Position numbers and translations under genes: made by a program. 54,743 nt of DNA from a virus (Duplodnaviria > Caudoviricetes), in IMG/VR virus record IMGVR_UViG_3300032401_000014, positions 1 through 54,743 of that record; one strand, given 5' to 3'. Shown here one piece after another: positions 35,692-45,384 of the stretch (position 1 is its first letter; each line of letters starts with the position of its first letter). Under the pieces are notes generated by a model. It was given only the letters and a program-made list of their open reading frames with translations. It had not been told where the DNA came from and made no database searches.

Positions 35692-37118
35692 GCCACCCTC
35701 ATTCCTCTGAGAATACTCGAAGTCGCCTCGTATGAAGGAGCGACTGCGGCATAGCTCTTTATCAAGAACGGCAGGAAGTCGTCTGTCCTTGCCAAGTCCT
35801 CGATCGTGACAAGCCCGTTGAACTGCGAACCGCCCTGATTGGTATATGGCAATCTTCCAAGACCTTGAAACTCATCAAAGTCGATGAAGAAAATATACTC
35901 AGGTGCGTACGTCGCTGTAATCACCAACGGCAAGTCTGCCTGCATCGCTGTCGGAATCGTGGTCGGTGTCCATGATGTGAATGTGCAGGTATTGACCACG
36001 CTTGAAGCGTTCGACGTACAGGTCAACGTGGTATTGATCGTATTGGTCGTCGAGGCCGCTATCGTTCCGTTTGCATCATACGCATAACCAGGAACGACGG
36101 CGATAAGAACTTCAGAGCCGCTTGTGACACTGAAATAAACCTTGTATCTGAACGCATCGGCGATCGGAGTCCACGTCAGCGTGAAGGTCGATGTACTGGA
36201 GCCTGTGGTTGCTAAGTTTGAAGTCTCTGCACTCGCCAGTGACTCGCCGTCCTTTGTTACAGCCGACACTCTGAAGTAGTTCGTCGCACTGTTCGCTATC
36301 GTCCCGCCAGTAGTTGCGGTGGACGGTGTTACCGTTCCCATTGTAATCTTCGGGCGACAAAACGATGACATGATGATCGGTATATCCCGATACGCATTGA
36401 GCCGCCAGCCGCCGTTGATGTCCACTTGCGACATGCTCCCGGTGAGACCTTGATTCAATCTCACGTTGGAGAGCAGGGCTGAATACTTCGAGAGCATCTG
36501 CGGAGACATAATGAACGCCTTGTTGTGAGCCGCACCTTGCTTTTCAAAGTTAGCATCTATCATCGTGTCCAGATCGGTAAAATTCGTCGGTGCGACACCG
36601 CCAAGAGCTTTATTCGTTCGATAGGTCGTGACGTAGGTATCGAACCCCGTGAACTCATACTGATTGCTCGATGCGTTCCCGAAGGCGATATAATTTTCCA
36701 TGTCATAGACGTGGGCCAAAAGCTCGGATTCCATATTGGCGGCCGCCGCATCTATGTTCTTTTTACTTGCGTCTTGCAGAAAGTTCGTGGTTGCTCCTTT
36801 CCTTCTGATGACTTTCAGAGAAACGTTCGCCCGTGTGTAAACAGGCTGAGTAGTCGGAGTCACCGCACCTTCACCCATCGCCCCGCCGGATGCCGGGAGC
36901 GAAGTTAATTGATCGAACTCGTGCAACTTCTGATTGTCGAACTTCGGTGTCATCATTGCCACCAGAGGCGATAATCTCGGCACGGCGTTCGTAATGACCT
37001 GCTCCAAGTGTTGTGGTATGAGTGCTTCACCACTTCCTGTTGCGGCGGTCAATGCTTTCTGTATGAGGCTCTTGTTCTCGCCCCAGTACCAGTTAAATTG
37101 TTTGATAATGTCTGCCAT
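35688..37118 (-). CDS. Major capsid protein with FN3/Ig-like insertion
   Basis: KALT..GSGEALIPQHLE, EGA, FGN, FTGFD; inserted YFRVSAV...GES...LTW...YKVY. Confidence 0.9.
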   Translation of the reverse strand: MADIIKQFNWYWGENKSLIQKALTAATGSGEALIPQHLEQVITNAVPRLSPLVAMMTPKFDNQKLHEFDQLTSLPASGGAMGEGAVTPTTQPVYTRANVSLKVIRRKGATTNFLQDASKKNIDAAAANMESELLAHVYDMENYIAFGNASSNQYEFTGFDTYVTTYRTNKALGGVAPTNFTDLDTMIDANFEKQGAAHNKAFIMSPQMLSKYSALLSNVRLNQGLTGSMSQVDINGGWRLNAYRDIPIIMSSFCRPKITMGTVTPSTATTGGTIANSATNYFRVSAVTKDGESLASAETSNLATTGSSTSTFTLTWTPIADAFRYKVYFSVTSGSEVLIAVVPGYAYDANGTIAASTTNTINTTLTCTSNASSVVNTCTFTSWTPTTIPTAMQADLPLVITATYAPEYIFFIDFDEFQGLGRLPYTNQGGSQFNGLVTIEDLARTDDFLPFLIKSYAAVAPSYEATSSILRGMRVA

Positions 37119-37143
37119 TGAATTGCTCCTTATTCCTTTTTTC

Positions 37144-37872
37144 TTATCTGACTGCTTTCGAGTTTAGAGGGAACATTCCAGTCAACAGCCTCCCGCTATC
37201 TGCCGCCAGCGACTTGCTGAGAAAGTGCGGGTCTCGTTGCTCTTGAGTGGGCTCTGCTTTCGGCAGAACGCCAGCCATCTGCTGAATAAAATCGAGTGTC
37301 TTTTTGACATCGGGGCCGTACCCTGCTGGAACATCTCTCGGCTCATCTTTTTTCGGATGAGCTTCGTCCCAGGCTTTCTCGACGGTTGAGACTATTCCCG
37401 TACCTTCGAGAATCCCCTGGATTGCTTTATTCTGCTCCATCACTTGCTTGCCGATAAGTTGAACTGCGTCCGCAATTTTGGCAATCGGGTCTTGTGATTT
37501 TTGTACGCCTTTACTCTTTCTGAGAAGGCTGATAATTGCCTTTGCGACTTCCGGTATATTCTCAAGGTTGAGATCAGGCTGATCTTGTATTTGAGTTTCT
37601 GCCGGGTCTTGAGCGGCCGGGCTGTTAGCGGATTTCTTCGCAAACTTTCCAGAGTCCTCTCCGTCGCCTTTCTCTTTTTTGTTCTTGTCCTCTTCCATCT
37701 GTTTCATGATTGCAATAGCCTTCATGATAATATCCTCGTCCGCTTGAGGCGGCTGATTTTGAGGCACTGGAGGAGTCTGATCTTCCTGAGCCACTCCGCC
37801 TGCTCCTGCCTGCTTGATCTGTTCGATTATGGATTCGAGGTTATTTAAAGCGGTTAAAAGTTCAGTATCCAT
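37144..37872 (-). CDS. Capsid scaffold protein
   Basis: Helical/low complexity, multiple K-S/A motifs, between protease and capsid. Confidence 0.75.
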   Translation of the reverse strand: MDTELLTALNNLESIIEQIKQAGAGGVAQEDQTPPVPQNQPPQADEDIIMKAIAIMKQMEEDKNKKEKGDGEDSGKFAKKSANSPAAQDPAETQIQDQPDLNLENIPEVAKAIISLLRKSKGVQKSQDPIAKIADAVQLIGKQVMEQNKAIQGILEGTGIVSTVEKAWDEAHPKKDEPRDVPAGYGPDVKKTLDFIQQMAGVLPKAEPTQEQRDPHFLSKSLAADSGRLLTGMFPLNSKAVR

Positions 37873-38829
37873 TTAATGTGCTCCTTGTTTTTCTAAAATT
37901 TTTTGCACCGTATCCAGATTGGATAGGAGCGATTTAAACAGGACAATCTTCGGATTCATGTCCTTGTTCACTTTTATATTTTCCACGACTGCTTGAGTCG
38001 GGTCTATATCCGGCATGAAAAAATTCTGAGAGCCGAGAATGACTTCGAGCATCATGTCTCGGTACTCGTCAAACAGCATGATGAGCCGATCTTCCTTGTC
38101 CTCGACTTCTTCATCCTGCATGATCTCTTCGATGTTGTCCTCCAGAGCTTCTTGAATCTGATACCGCTTGCGAAAATAATTCGTGTCTGATTCGCCCGCT
38201 TGTATCTTTGCTCTGAGCGACTCTTTGATTGATTTTTGTACTACCCACGGGGCCGTTTCGCCCAGGGCCTTGTAGATGGCGTGAACGACAGAACTCTGAT
38301 ATGCGGGCCGTGGCACGACCACAACCCCGTCGAGTATCATGTCATTGATGACTCGCTTACCGTCAAAAGACATCTGCAATATGCCACCGTCGGGGATATA
38401 TCCCTCGACTGAGAAGCCTTTCTGTTTCGGTTTCTTGTACGGCGGCAGGCCGAGCATCTGTCGCCAGAGTTTGTCTGCGGTCTCCAGGGTGTTCGCTCCC
38501 AGGCCGTCGGATTTGTCGTACAGCCTGAACTCTGGTTTCCAGTCACCATTATTATCGACATGAAAGTCGCTCAATATCCCGATGTCCTCAGTATAGGCAA
38601 CCCCGTGGCGATCGGCATAGAGCAACACGTCGCCAGACTGAGCTTGTTTCGTTATTGATTGAATAGCGTTCTCAGTCATGCGTTCACCGTGGCCGTCTTT
38701 CTTGACCCCGGTGCTTATGCCATAGAGATAACGATGTTTGTTTCCTGAAGCGTCCGCCTTTTCGACGGCGTGATGACCTTCACGGTCGTTTGGATGGAAA
38801 TTGAATTTGATGCGAGTTTGACCTGTCAT
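37873..38829 (-). CDS. Prohead (maturation) protease
   Basis: G..T..KDGHGERM, H, KGFSVEG, VVVPRPAY. Confidence 0.85.
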   Translation of the reverse strand: MTGQTRIKFNFHPNDREGHHAVEKADASGNKHRYLYGISTGVKKDGHGERMTENAIQSITKQAQSGDVLLYADRHGVAYTEDIGILSDFHVDNNGDWKPEFRLYDKSDGLGANTLETADKLWRQMLGLPPYKKPKQKGFSVEGYIPDGGILQMSFDGKRVINDMILDGVVVVPRPAYQSSVVHAIYKALGETAPWVVQKSIKESLRAKIQAGESDTNYFRKRYQIQEALEDNIEEIMQDEEVEDKEDRLIMLFDEYRDMMLEVILGSQNFFMPDIDPTQAVVENIKVNKDMNPKIVLFKSLLSNLDTVQKILEKQGAH

Positions 38830-38877
38830 ACGTTTCCATGTGGCAGGTCGGGGCGTTCCGGTGGACTGCGGGTTTTA

Positions 38878-39045
38878 TTATACGTCGTACTGGGTGATGT
38901 TCATTTTGATCTTGTCACCCGTGCAATTTATCTCCACTCTGATACTATTATAATGTTTCAGTATCATAATGTCAAGAATATTCTTTTTGATCTGATCTAT
39001 CTTTTTTTCTTCTTCGCTTTTTAATATATCTGCCGGAATTAACAT
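38878..39045 (-). CDS. Small hypothetical protein (55 aa) containing a promoter
   Basis: Manual translation MLIPADILKSEEEKK...; TGATG coupling to MuF. Confidence 0.55.
   Translation of the reverse strand: MLIPADILKSEEEKKIDQIKKNILDIMILKHYNSIRVEINCTGDKIKMNITQYDV
38947..38975 (-). promoter_or_regulatory. Perfect sigma70 promoter upstream of protease/capsid
   Basis: TTGACA-17 nt-TATAAT. Confidence 0.85.
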
Positions 39046-39824
39046 CAATCTTTACCTATGATATAAACTAACTCGCACTGACATGAGATCACTTCCTCTG
39101 CTGGCAGGCTCTCGTGATGCGGGTGCGGGGCCAGGTATGTTGTCCCTGTATTTTTGTCATGAATTACAAAATCCCTGTTGAATCCGATCGTCACGCCGTT
39201 TAATGCGACATGGTGCTGGCGTGCGTTCTTTCTGTCCTTGAGCAACGACATGTTATGAATCCATCTTTTCTTGACGTAGATCGCAGAGTTTCTTCGTCTG
39301 ATCTCCTGCACATAGCCATGCTTCACCTGATCTACAACGCTCCGGGTCTCAGTCGTGGCGATCGCATACAAATTCGTCGGCATACCCACGGCCGGGTCAC
39401 GCCGGACATACCCTCGGAACGTCTTTTTGATGGCCTTCTCAAAGTCAGCCAGTACCGCTTGTTTCATGCGGCCCGCATACGTCCCCCTGGCGACCACGTA
39501 TTCAGGCTTCTCAAGCACTGCACGGAGATTCTGAGCGAGGCTATCCCGCAGATCATCCGAGAGCAAATCGCCTCGTGTAGCCCCCTTCCTGATAAATACA
39601 GCCTGTTTTGGCAGGGCCTCACGGATGTCAGGTAAAACAAACAGCTTCTCTCTGCCTGGCCGATAGGTTGTCATCTTTCGCTTGAAATTGTCGTCGGTTA
39701 TTCTGCCGATCGCCCCGGCGATCTCCTCAGTGTTTGCGGCTATGATCTTACGCATCAGGGCCCGATACGGCTCCCCCACGTACCCGTGCCGTTTGCGTAG
39801 CCTGTCAAGGTGTATTTTTGCCAA
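39045..39824 (-). CDS. MuF / minor head morphogenesis protein
   Basis: IATTET, KRWIH, RQHH..LNG, F, P...EVISCQC; start refined to TTG 39824 after GAGGTGG. Confidence 0.85.
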   Translation of the reverse strand: MAKIHLDRLRKRHGYVGEPYRALMRKIIAANTEEIAGAIGRITDDNFKRKMTTYRPGREKLFVLPDIREALPKQAVFIRKGATRGDLLSDDLRDSLAQNLRAVLEKPEYVVARGTYAGRMKQAVLADFEKAIKKTFRGYVRRDPAVGMPTNLYAIATTETRSVVDQVKHGYVQEIRRRNSAIYVKKRWIHNMSLLKDRKNARQHHVALNGVTIGFNRDFVIHDKNTGTTYLAPHPHHESLPAEEVISCQCELVYIIGKD

Positions 39825-40083
39825 TACCCACCTCGTATGATACAATCTCGTCAGTATCCGGGTCTCTCCTCCATAGAGTTCCATCCTGACGTTTCCATGT
39901 GTCGCCCGGTTTATGAATAGACCGCTCAAGTATTTCAATGGCTTTTTTTACAATTTTTTCTTGTTCAATTTCTTTTTTAAATTCCGCAAGAGCCTCGTCG
40001 AGTGCTTCCTCCTCCCAGTCTGCCAATTCACCATTGACAAACCCACAAGTCCCGCCTCCGTCTGGATGCCAACTATTTTTCAT
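39805..40083 (-). CDS. Small acidic protein with KA site and Trp-hairpin motif
   Basis: ATGA-coupled to the large gene; GGAGGG RBS. Confidence 0.7.
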   Translation of the reverse strand: MKNSWHPDGGGTCGFVNGELADWEEEALDEALAEFKKEIEQEKIVKKAIEILERSIHKPGDTWKRQDGTLWRRDPDTDEIVSYEVGIGKNTP

Positions 40084-43000
40084 TCTGTCTGTGCCCTCCT
40101 TGCTCTAAATTGCATATATTTTTCATACTGTCTTAAAGATCGAGAACCGGGTGTCAAATCAAAAACAGCGTTGCTCAATGAAAATCCGTAACGCTCCCAA
40201 ATCTCCGGCCCTTTCGGTAAATCAATTATATCCTGTACGGAAGTACACCGCTTCACCTGCGTAATTTCTTCTTCAGTCCATGTCGGGCCTGTTCTGCCCG
40301 TCATCCTGCTGGCAACTGAACTCCCCTGTATGTCCTGATTAAATCCAAACTTCGCCCATGTGATATACCCGCAATACGACCCAGTTCTACGCATATTTTG
40401 TTTCAATCTTTTCGCCGCATCCTCGTGCGTCATTCCTTCGGCGGTCATAATCAATTTTATTTTTTCCTCTTTCGTATATCCATCCCCATCCCCTGCGGCT
40501 TGACATTTTACACTGCGGGCTCCAAGCTGAGCTGATGTTGTGAAAAGCTGGAGGGCGGCCTGACTCACCGCACCTTCGGAATATTCAGGGTGATCGGGAT
40601 TCGTGCGTATGTAATGAAAATCAACATTGACTCCGTTACTGCCCTTGCGGATTGTCGTTCTCGTAACATACGGAACGCCATTTGAATTGTTGCCTCCTTC
40701 GGGATTTATAGATACCTCTATTTCATAAGCATCAATGCTCTGCACGACAATATGGTCATTCAATCTAAAAGCACCTGATATTTGTGCCAAGTCTCGGTCG
40801 TTTATGTCCCAGCCGTTATCCCAGAGTTTTTCTTTTATCTTGTCACGAGAAAGACCTAAACCCTCAAAATTTGTATAACTCTTATAATTCTCACGGGGCC
40901 GTGCTTCGCTAATCCTCTCAAATTTTTTCCTCGCTTCGGCTATCTGACGAGCCTGCTCCTCGGCCTCTTTCCGTTTCGCTTCGTCATACACGGCGACGTG
41001 CTTATCAACAGCCTCGATAAATTTCTTCGGCTTGAACCCGGTATAATGATTGAGCATGGCTTCGCTGACTTCATTTTTTAATTTCGTCTGCTGAACAGGA
41101 GTCAATTTTCTGCTGTTTGAATCTATGTAATGATTCATCGCCCACGCCTGCTCGAACTCTCGCCTCTGCCGAAGTCCCTGCGTAGCGGCTTCGGGCAGTC
41201 CCGACAGCCAGTCAAAATATTCGGCATGAGCATCTCTGACGCCGTTGCTAATTCTGCCCGTTATATCCTCTGCGGTTGAAGCTCTTTTCTGAAAGTCTTT
41301 ATAATTAAATTCAGTCCCCAGTGCGAGTGCTTCTGCGACAAAAATATCCAACTGATACGGCCGCAGAGTCCTGTTTTGAACATTGCGAATCAATTCTTTG
41401 CTTGCGTTATCCTTATCTCCAGCATCGAGGTAATGTTTAAATCTATCCTCGACTGACATATCCTCCTGAGCTTTCGCACTGGCCTGGTCTCGCCTTCGTA
41501 TCAGACCTTTTTTCGTTTTCGTCAATACGTCAATAGTCAAAGTTCCACGGGAAAATTTCTCATTTACTCCCTGCACGATAACCGTTTTTTCTGTCTCTTC
41601 GAAAAAATCCTGTTTCTTTATATACGCAATAAGCAGGTCTCGTGCCTCTTCAATTTTCCCCTCCCGTATTAGCTTTCTATATTTTAAATTCGTGCTTCTG
41701 AACTCTTTCAAAAATGCTTCATCTGTCTGTGTGAGACCGATACGAGTTCCGGGTACGGCTGGCTCCTCTGCGGCCCCCACGGGCTCCCCGGTATCAGGGT
41801 CGATCGCTGGCTCTGCCGGAGTCGCTGGAGCTGTCCGGGTGCGTCTTTGCCGTGTACTCTCGTGCCCTGCGGCCGCCTCCTCCATCCCTCTGCGGAACAA
41901 GTGCCCGGCGAGCGATCTTGTAAGGATGTCATTCTTCATGGCATCGAGATCGGCCTGCGTGAGAGTTCCTCTTTGTAGCTTCTGGTACATCTTTTTCATG
42001 ATCGAATCCCGTGCCGTTCCGGGAGCATATTGATCGGCGAGATATTCCCTGAGAAGTCGTTTTACTTTGTTAGTGTCACTGCCTGCATCTAAAACCTGAT
42101 CTCGCATATTCTTGAACTGGGCATCATCGAACTCTGCCGATGATGCGATAGTACCAGAAACAGGAGCATTGCCCTGACCCTGCCCTTCTGCCATCTTTAG
42201 CCATGCTGTTAGATTAAAACTTCTAAAGTCATTGTGATTGTCACGAGCCGCCGAAAGAGCTTGTTCTAAAGCCTCTCTCTGCACTCTCGTTATACGTCCT
42301 GCTTCTTCTAGTTGTATTAAATATCCATTCAATATACTGCTGGCTGTTGCAAAATTATTAGTTGACAATGAACGAACAACTGCATCCAGAACTCTCGTAG
42401 TCTCTGATTCACGAAATCCGTGTGCCTCTGGTGCTGTAGTATCCGCCGCCGCCTCTCGTGGGCCCGGAGCCCGTGTCTGCTCGATTGCCCCGGTGTTAGG
42501 ATTGTGCCACCACCACGAGCCGTCAGTATGTTGCCACTTCTGCGATTTATAGACCATCGACTTTTTGATGTTCGGGTCTTGAGGATTGAACGTCCCGGCG
42601 TTGTCAGTAGCCTTTATCTGCGTAGGCTCAAAGGCTATCCAAACTCGATGAGGCTTTCCACCTGATATTTTCCCGCCAATGTGAGTCAGTCCGTCATACC
42701 CGAAAGACTTTATCATCTCGCTGACTCCATCATTTGAAATTAACGATGCGAGACCTCCCCACTGATCTGTCCCGTATTGGTTCGAGTTAATTAAAAATAT
42801 ATCGCTGTCTTTATCTTTAATTCCGATCATCGTTCCGGGCCCATACTCAGGCCCGGTTCTTGATCCAATTTCGTATTTGTACCCGTTGCCCTGTAAATGC
42901 TTCGCAATCAATTCATACATTTTTTTCTCTTGACCAAAACCATTATCAACATCGAACGGTTGTCTGATATTCAAATAACATTCATATATTTTATTTGATG

Positions 43001-45008
43001 TATCAACTCGTTCTGTTTTCAATTTGATTTCTTGTCGTTTTTTATCCCAATCATCACGGATACTTGTGTCCATGAGACTGTCATCCCTCGGATTTACAGC
43101 AGGCAACTGAAACATATACGCCACAATTGGGTCAACTCCTGAAACGTCAATGTTGTCCCCACTCTCGGCTATTTTCTCGTATGATTCTCCGTGTCCGTTT
43201 ACCATTTCGAGCTTTTTAATTCCACCTTCATCAAGTATCTCTGCCGTTACTTCATCATCAGCATTATATAAACCTGTCTTGAATACATCAATATGCTCAT
43301 TCAGAAAATCTTTTATTTTCTCAAGCTGTTCTTCGCTTATCGTAGTTTTGTATTTCGTTGATCTGCTTGTCGCATAACCCTCTGCAACATTTTTATCTTC
43401 TGTAAAATAAAAACCATGTCCATATAATCCCGGAGCTGTCCTCGATTTATCAAAGGCTTCAAATCCGCCCGTCGGTGTCCCGTGATATACAACCTTGACT
43501 CCCTGCGGCGTCTCGGCGTGCGTCATGTGTGCTGTCTCCTGCGGCTCTCCACTGCTTTTCTTGACAACCTTGCTGGCGTGAGCTGGGTCGCCCTCCCAGT
43601 CACCGAACCAGCTCTTGAAAGGCTGGCTCTTCACAAGCTGGGCCTTGTTGACGGCTGGTGCTTTCTGCTGTGCCGCTTCTCTCGGAGCTGACGGCTCGTC
43701 AGTGTGTGCCTGCCGAGACTTCGGTGCTGGAACCTCGACGATATTCCCTGTCTTGTCGTAATCGTGCCAGCCTGTCGAGCTTCTCTTCGCAGGCCACGCC
43801 TTCTCGACTGACTGATCGTCAGGCGGCAGATCGCCTTCTCCTTTCAAAAAGGCAATGTACTGGTCAAGTTCCCGTCTCGTTTGCTCAGGTACGAGAGTCT
43901 CGTCCATTTTTCTAAGAGTCTCTCGACTGATCTCATGAATATCTTCTGACATCTGCACCATCGTTTGCAGTTCTTTTTTGAGCTTCATAAAATAAATTCT
44001 CGGCCTGCCATCTCTCACATAGTCCCATCCGGGCGGAGCATACTGATCGTTCCACGGCTCTGTCTTGTAAATCTCGAACCCGTGCTCTTCGTATAGACTG
44101 GCCAACTTGTCTCCGATGCAATCAAGATGATTTCCTCCGTTGATGATCGCCGTGTTAATCAACTTTTTAATACGTCCCTTTCCTCCAGAAAAAACAGAGA
44201 TGATGTCTCCATCGGGAGCGACCGCACATCCAGACTTTCCGTCGTCAGAAAGAAACGTCTTGACCTTCATGGCATCATACTCTTTCTCCGAGTAGGTAGT
44301 GAGCCACGGCTTCCATCGAACCGGAATATTTGTGTCACGACTATTTACAAACTTATTGAAATCCGAAAGATCATAATTGACAACCTCTTTGTCCAGAGGC
44401 TCGTTCTCTTTTTGCCTGGGCATGTACTCTGGTTTTTTGTTTTCTGCCGGAGGTCTGTTTTTCCCTGGGGCCTCCCCGGTATCCTTTCTGTCGTCTGTCG
44501 TTACCAGCTCCCAGTCCCCGCCGGGAGTCTTTCTGTGCTTCGTCCCATCCGACCATGTGTGAACCGTTCCCTGCGGAACTTCTTTCGCCTTCTCAACCAT
44601 GATAGACTTCGCAACACCGATACACCTGAACATGAACTCACGAGTCGATATGCCGAGTATCTGAGCGGCGGCATAGTGATTAAAATTACTTTTGTTTATC
44701 AGTAGATTCTCGATCTGAGAATTGATGTGGTTGTCCCGTTCGATCTCTTTCAAGAGTAAGCGTTCGGTCTGAGACTTCAGGACACGAATACGATTTGCGA
44801 GCTGTGATTGATAGAGACTCTTGTACGAGAGCCCGGCTTCGGAAAGTGCAATCGCAAGTGCCTGGTCATAGTCGGTAACGACCTTGCCATTCGACTTCAA
44901 TGTGCCAGCCTTGAACTCGCCCATGACACGGGCCATCTTATCGTCCTTCGCATCCTTGTTCACGACCTTCTTTTTTGTTATGACGGTGACGTGCTTTTTA
45001 GAGGCCAT
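40080..45008 (-). CDS. Polyvalent virion protein: DUF6496-like + GNAT-like + ART-PolyVal + helical + GNAT-like
   Basis: VMGEFKAGTLKS...QALAIALSEAG; DGDIISVF...LDC...LYEEHGF...APPGW; FKSWFGDW, VYHGT, GFYFT, GYDG, FEPTQIK; GYITWAKFGF. Confidence 0.8.
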   Translation of the reverse strand: MASKKHVTVITKKKVVNKDAKDDKMARVMGEFKAGTLKSNGKVVTDYDQALAIALSEAGLSYKSLYQSQLANRIRVLKSQTERLLLKEIERDNHINSQIENLLINKSNFNHYAAAQILGISTREFMFRCIGVAKSIMVEKAKEVPQGTVHTWSDGTKHRKTPGGDWELVTTDDRKDTGEAPGKNRPPAENKKPEYMPRQKENEPLDKEVVNYDLSDFNKFVNSRDTNIPVRWKPWLTTYSEKEYDAMKVKTFLSDDGKSGCAVAPDGDIISVFSGGKGRIKKLINTAIINGGNHLDCIGDKLASLYEEHGFEIYKTEPWNDQYAPPGWDYVRDGRPRIYFMKLKKELQTMVQMSEDIHEISRETLRKMDETLVPEQTRRELDQYIAFLKGEGDLPPDDQSVEKAWPAKRSSTGWHDYDKTGNIVEVPAPKSRQAHTDEPSAPREAAQQKAPAVNKAQLVKSQPFKSWFGDWEGDPAHASKVVKKSSGEPQETAHMTHAETPQGVKVVYHGTPTGGFEAFDKSRTAPGLYGHGFYFTEDKNVAEGYATSRSTKYKTTISEEQLEKIKDFLNEHIDVFKTGLYNADDEVTAEILDEGGIKKLEMVNGHGESYEKIAESGDNIDVSGVDPIVAYMFQLPAVNPRDDSLMDTSIRDDWDKKRQEIKLKTERVDTSNKIYECYLNIRQPFDVDNGFGQEKKMYELIAKHLQGNGYKYEIGSRTGPEYGPGTMIGIKDKDSDIFLINSNQYGTDQWGGLASLISNDGVSEMIKSFGYDGLTHIGGKISGGKPHRVWIAFEPTQIKATDNAGTFNPQDPNIKKSMVYKSQKWQHTDGSWWWHNPNTGAIEQTRAPGPREAAADTTAPEAHGFRESETTRVLDAVVRSLSTNNFATASSILNGYLIQLEEAGRITRVQREALEQALSAARDNHNDFRSFNLTAWLKMAEGQGQGNAPVSGTIASSAEFDDAQFKNMRDQVLDAGSDTNKVKRLLREYLADQYAPGTARDSIMKKMYQKLQRGTLTQADLDAMKNDILTRSLAGHLFRRGMEEAAAGHESTRQRRTRTAPATPAEPAIDPDTGEPVGAAEEPAVPGTRIGLTQTDEAFLKEFRSTNLKYRKLIREGKIEEARDLLIAYIKKQDFFEETEKTVIVQGVNEKFSRGTLTIDVLTKTKKGLIRRRDQASAKAQEDMSVEDRFKHYLDAGDKDNASKELIRNVQNRTLRPYQLDIFVAEALALGTEFNYKDFQKRASTAEDITGRISNGVRDAHAEYFDWLSGLPEAATQGLRQRREFEQAWAMNHYIDSNSRKLTPVQQTKLKNEVSEAMLNHYTGFKPKKFIEAVDKHVAVYDEAKRKEAEEQARQIAEARKKFERISEARPRENYKSYTNFEGLGLSRDKIKEKLWDNGWDINDRDLAQISGAFRLNDHIVVQSIDAYEIEVSINPEGGNNSNGVPYVTRTTIRKGSNGVNVDFHYIRTNPDHPEYSEGAVSQAALQLFTTSAQLGARSVKCQAAGDGDGYTKEEKIKLIMTAEGMTHEDAAKRLKQNMRRTGSYCGYITWAKFGFNQDIQGSSVASRMTGRTGPTWTEEEITQVKRCTSVQDIIDLPKGPEIWERYGFSLSNAVFDLTPGSRSLRQYEKYMQFRARRAQTE

Positions 45009-45029
45009 AGCCGATGTCCAGATATGTTT

Positions 45030-45215
45030 TCATGATAGCACCCTCTCTATTCTGTCTATCATCTGTTCAGGTGTGAGGCTATCGTCGCCCAACACATTCG
45101 TCATGATGTCGTCCTGCACTGTGTTATAAAACGACGAGAGATCAAGAACCAGCGGGCTTATGATCTCATCGAACTCTGACATTTTCAATTTGCGATCTTT
45201 TACGATAACTGGCAT
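45030..45215 (-). CDS. Small hypothetical head-region protein
   Basis: Start refined to MPVIVK after GAGGAG. Confidence 0.6.
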   Translation of the reverse strand: MPVIVKDRKLKMSEFDEIISPLVLDLSSFYNTVQDDIMTNVLGDDSLTPEQMIDRIERVLS

Positions 45216-45216
45216 T

Positions 45217-45384
45217 TCAGCTCCTCGTGCAATCGTTCTGTTTGCAGTGCAGGCAGTCCTCGTCGCAAGGATACCCTGCAAGCACCGGGCTTAAAAAAAT
45301 AATATCACGGGTGAATTGTTCATAGTTCAGATTTATTTTCTGATTCGTACCATCTCTCAAAAAGTGCGAATCGAGAACTCTCAT
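45217..45384 (-). CDS. Small Cys-rich protein (55 aa)
   Basis: Manual translation ...YPCDEDCLHCKQNDC; ATGA coupling. Confidence 0.5.
   Translation of the reverse strand: MRVLDSHFLRDGTNQKINLNYEQFTRDIIFLSPVLAGYPCDEDCLHCKQNDCTRS

Noticed and set aside
39930-39955. A AAA AAG slippery site fusing the 92-aa ORF to MuF
   Set aside because: MuF is in the +1 frame, not -1, and has a plausible start of its own (TTG 39824 with GAGGTGG)
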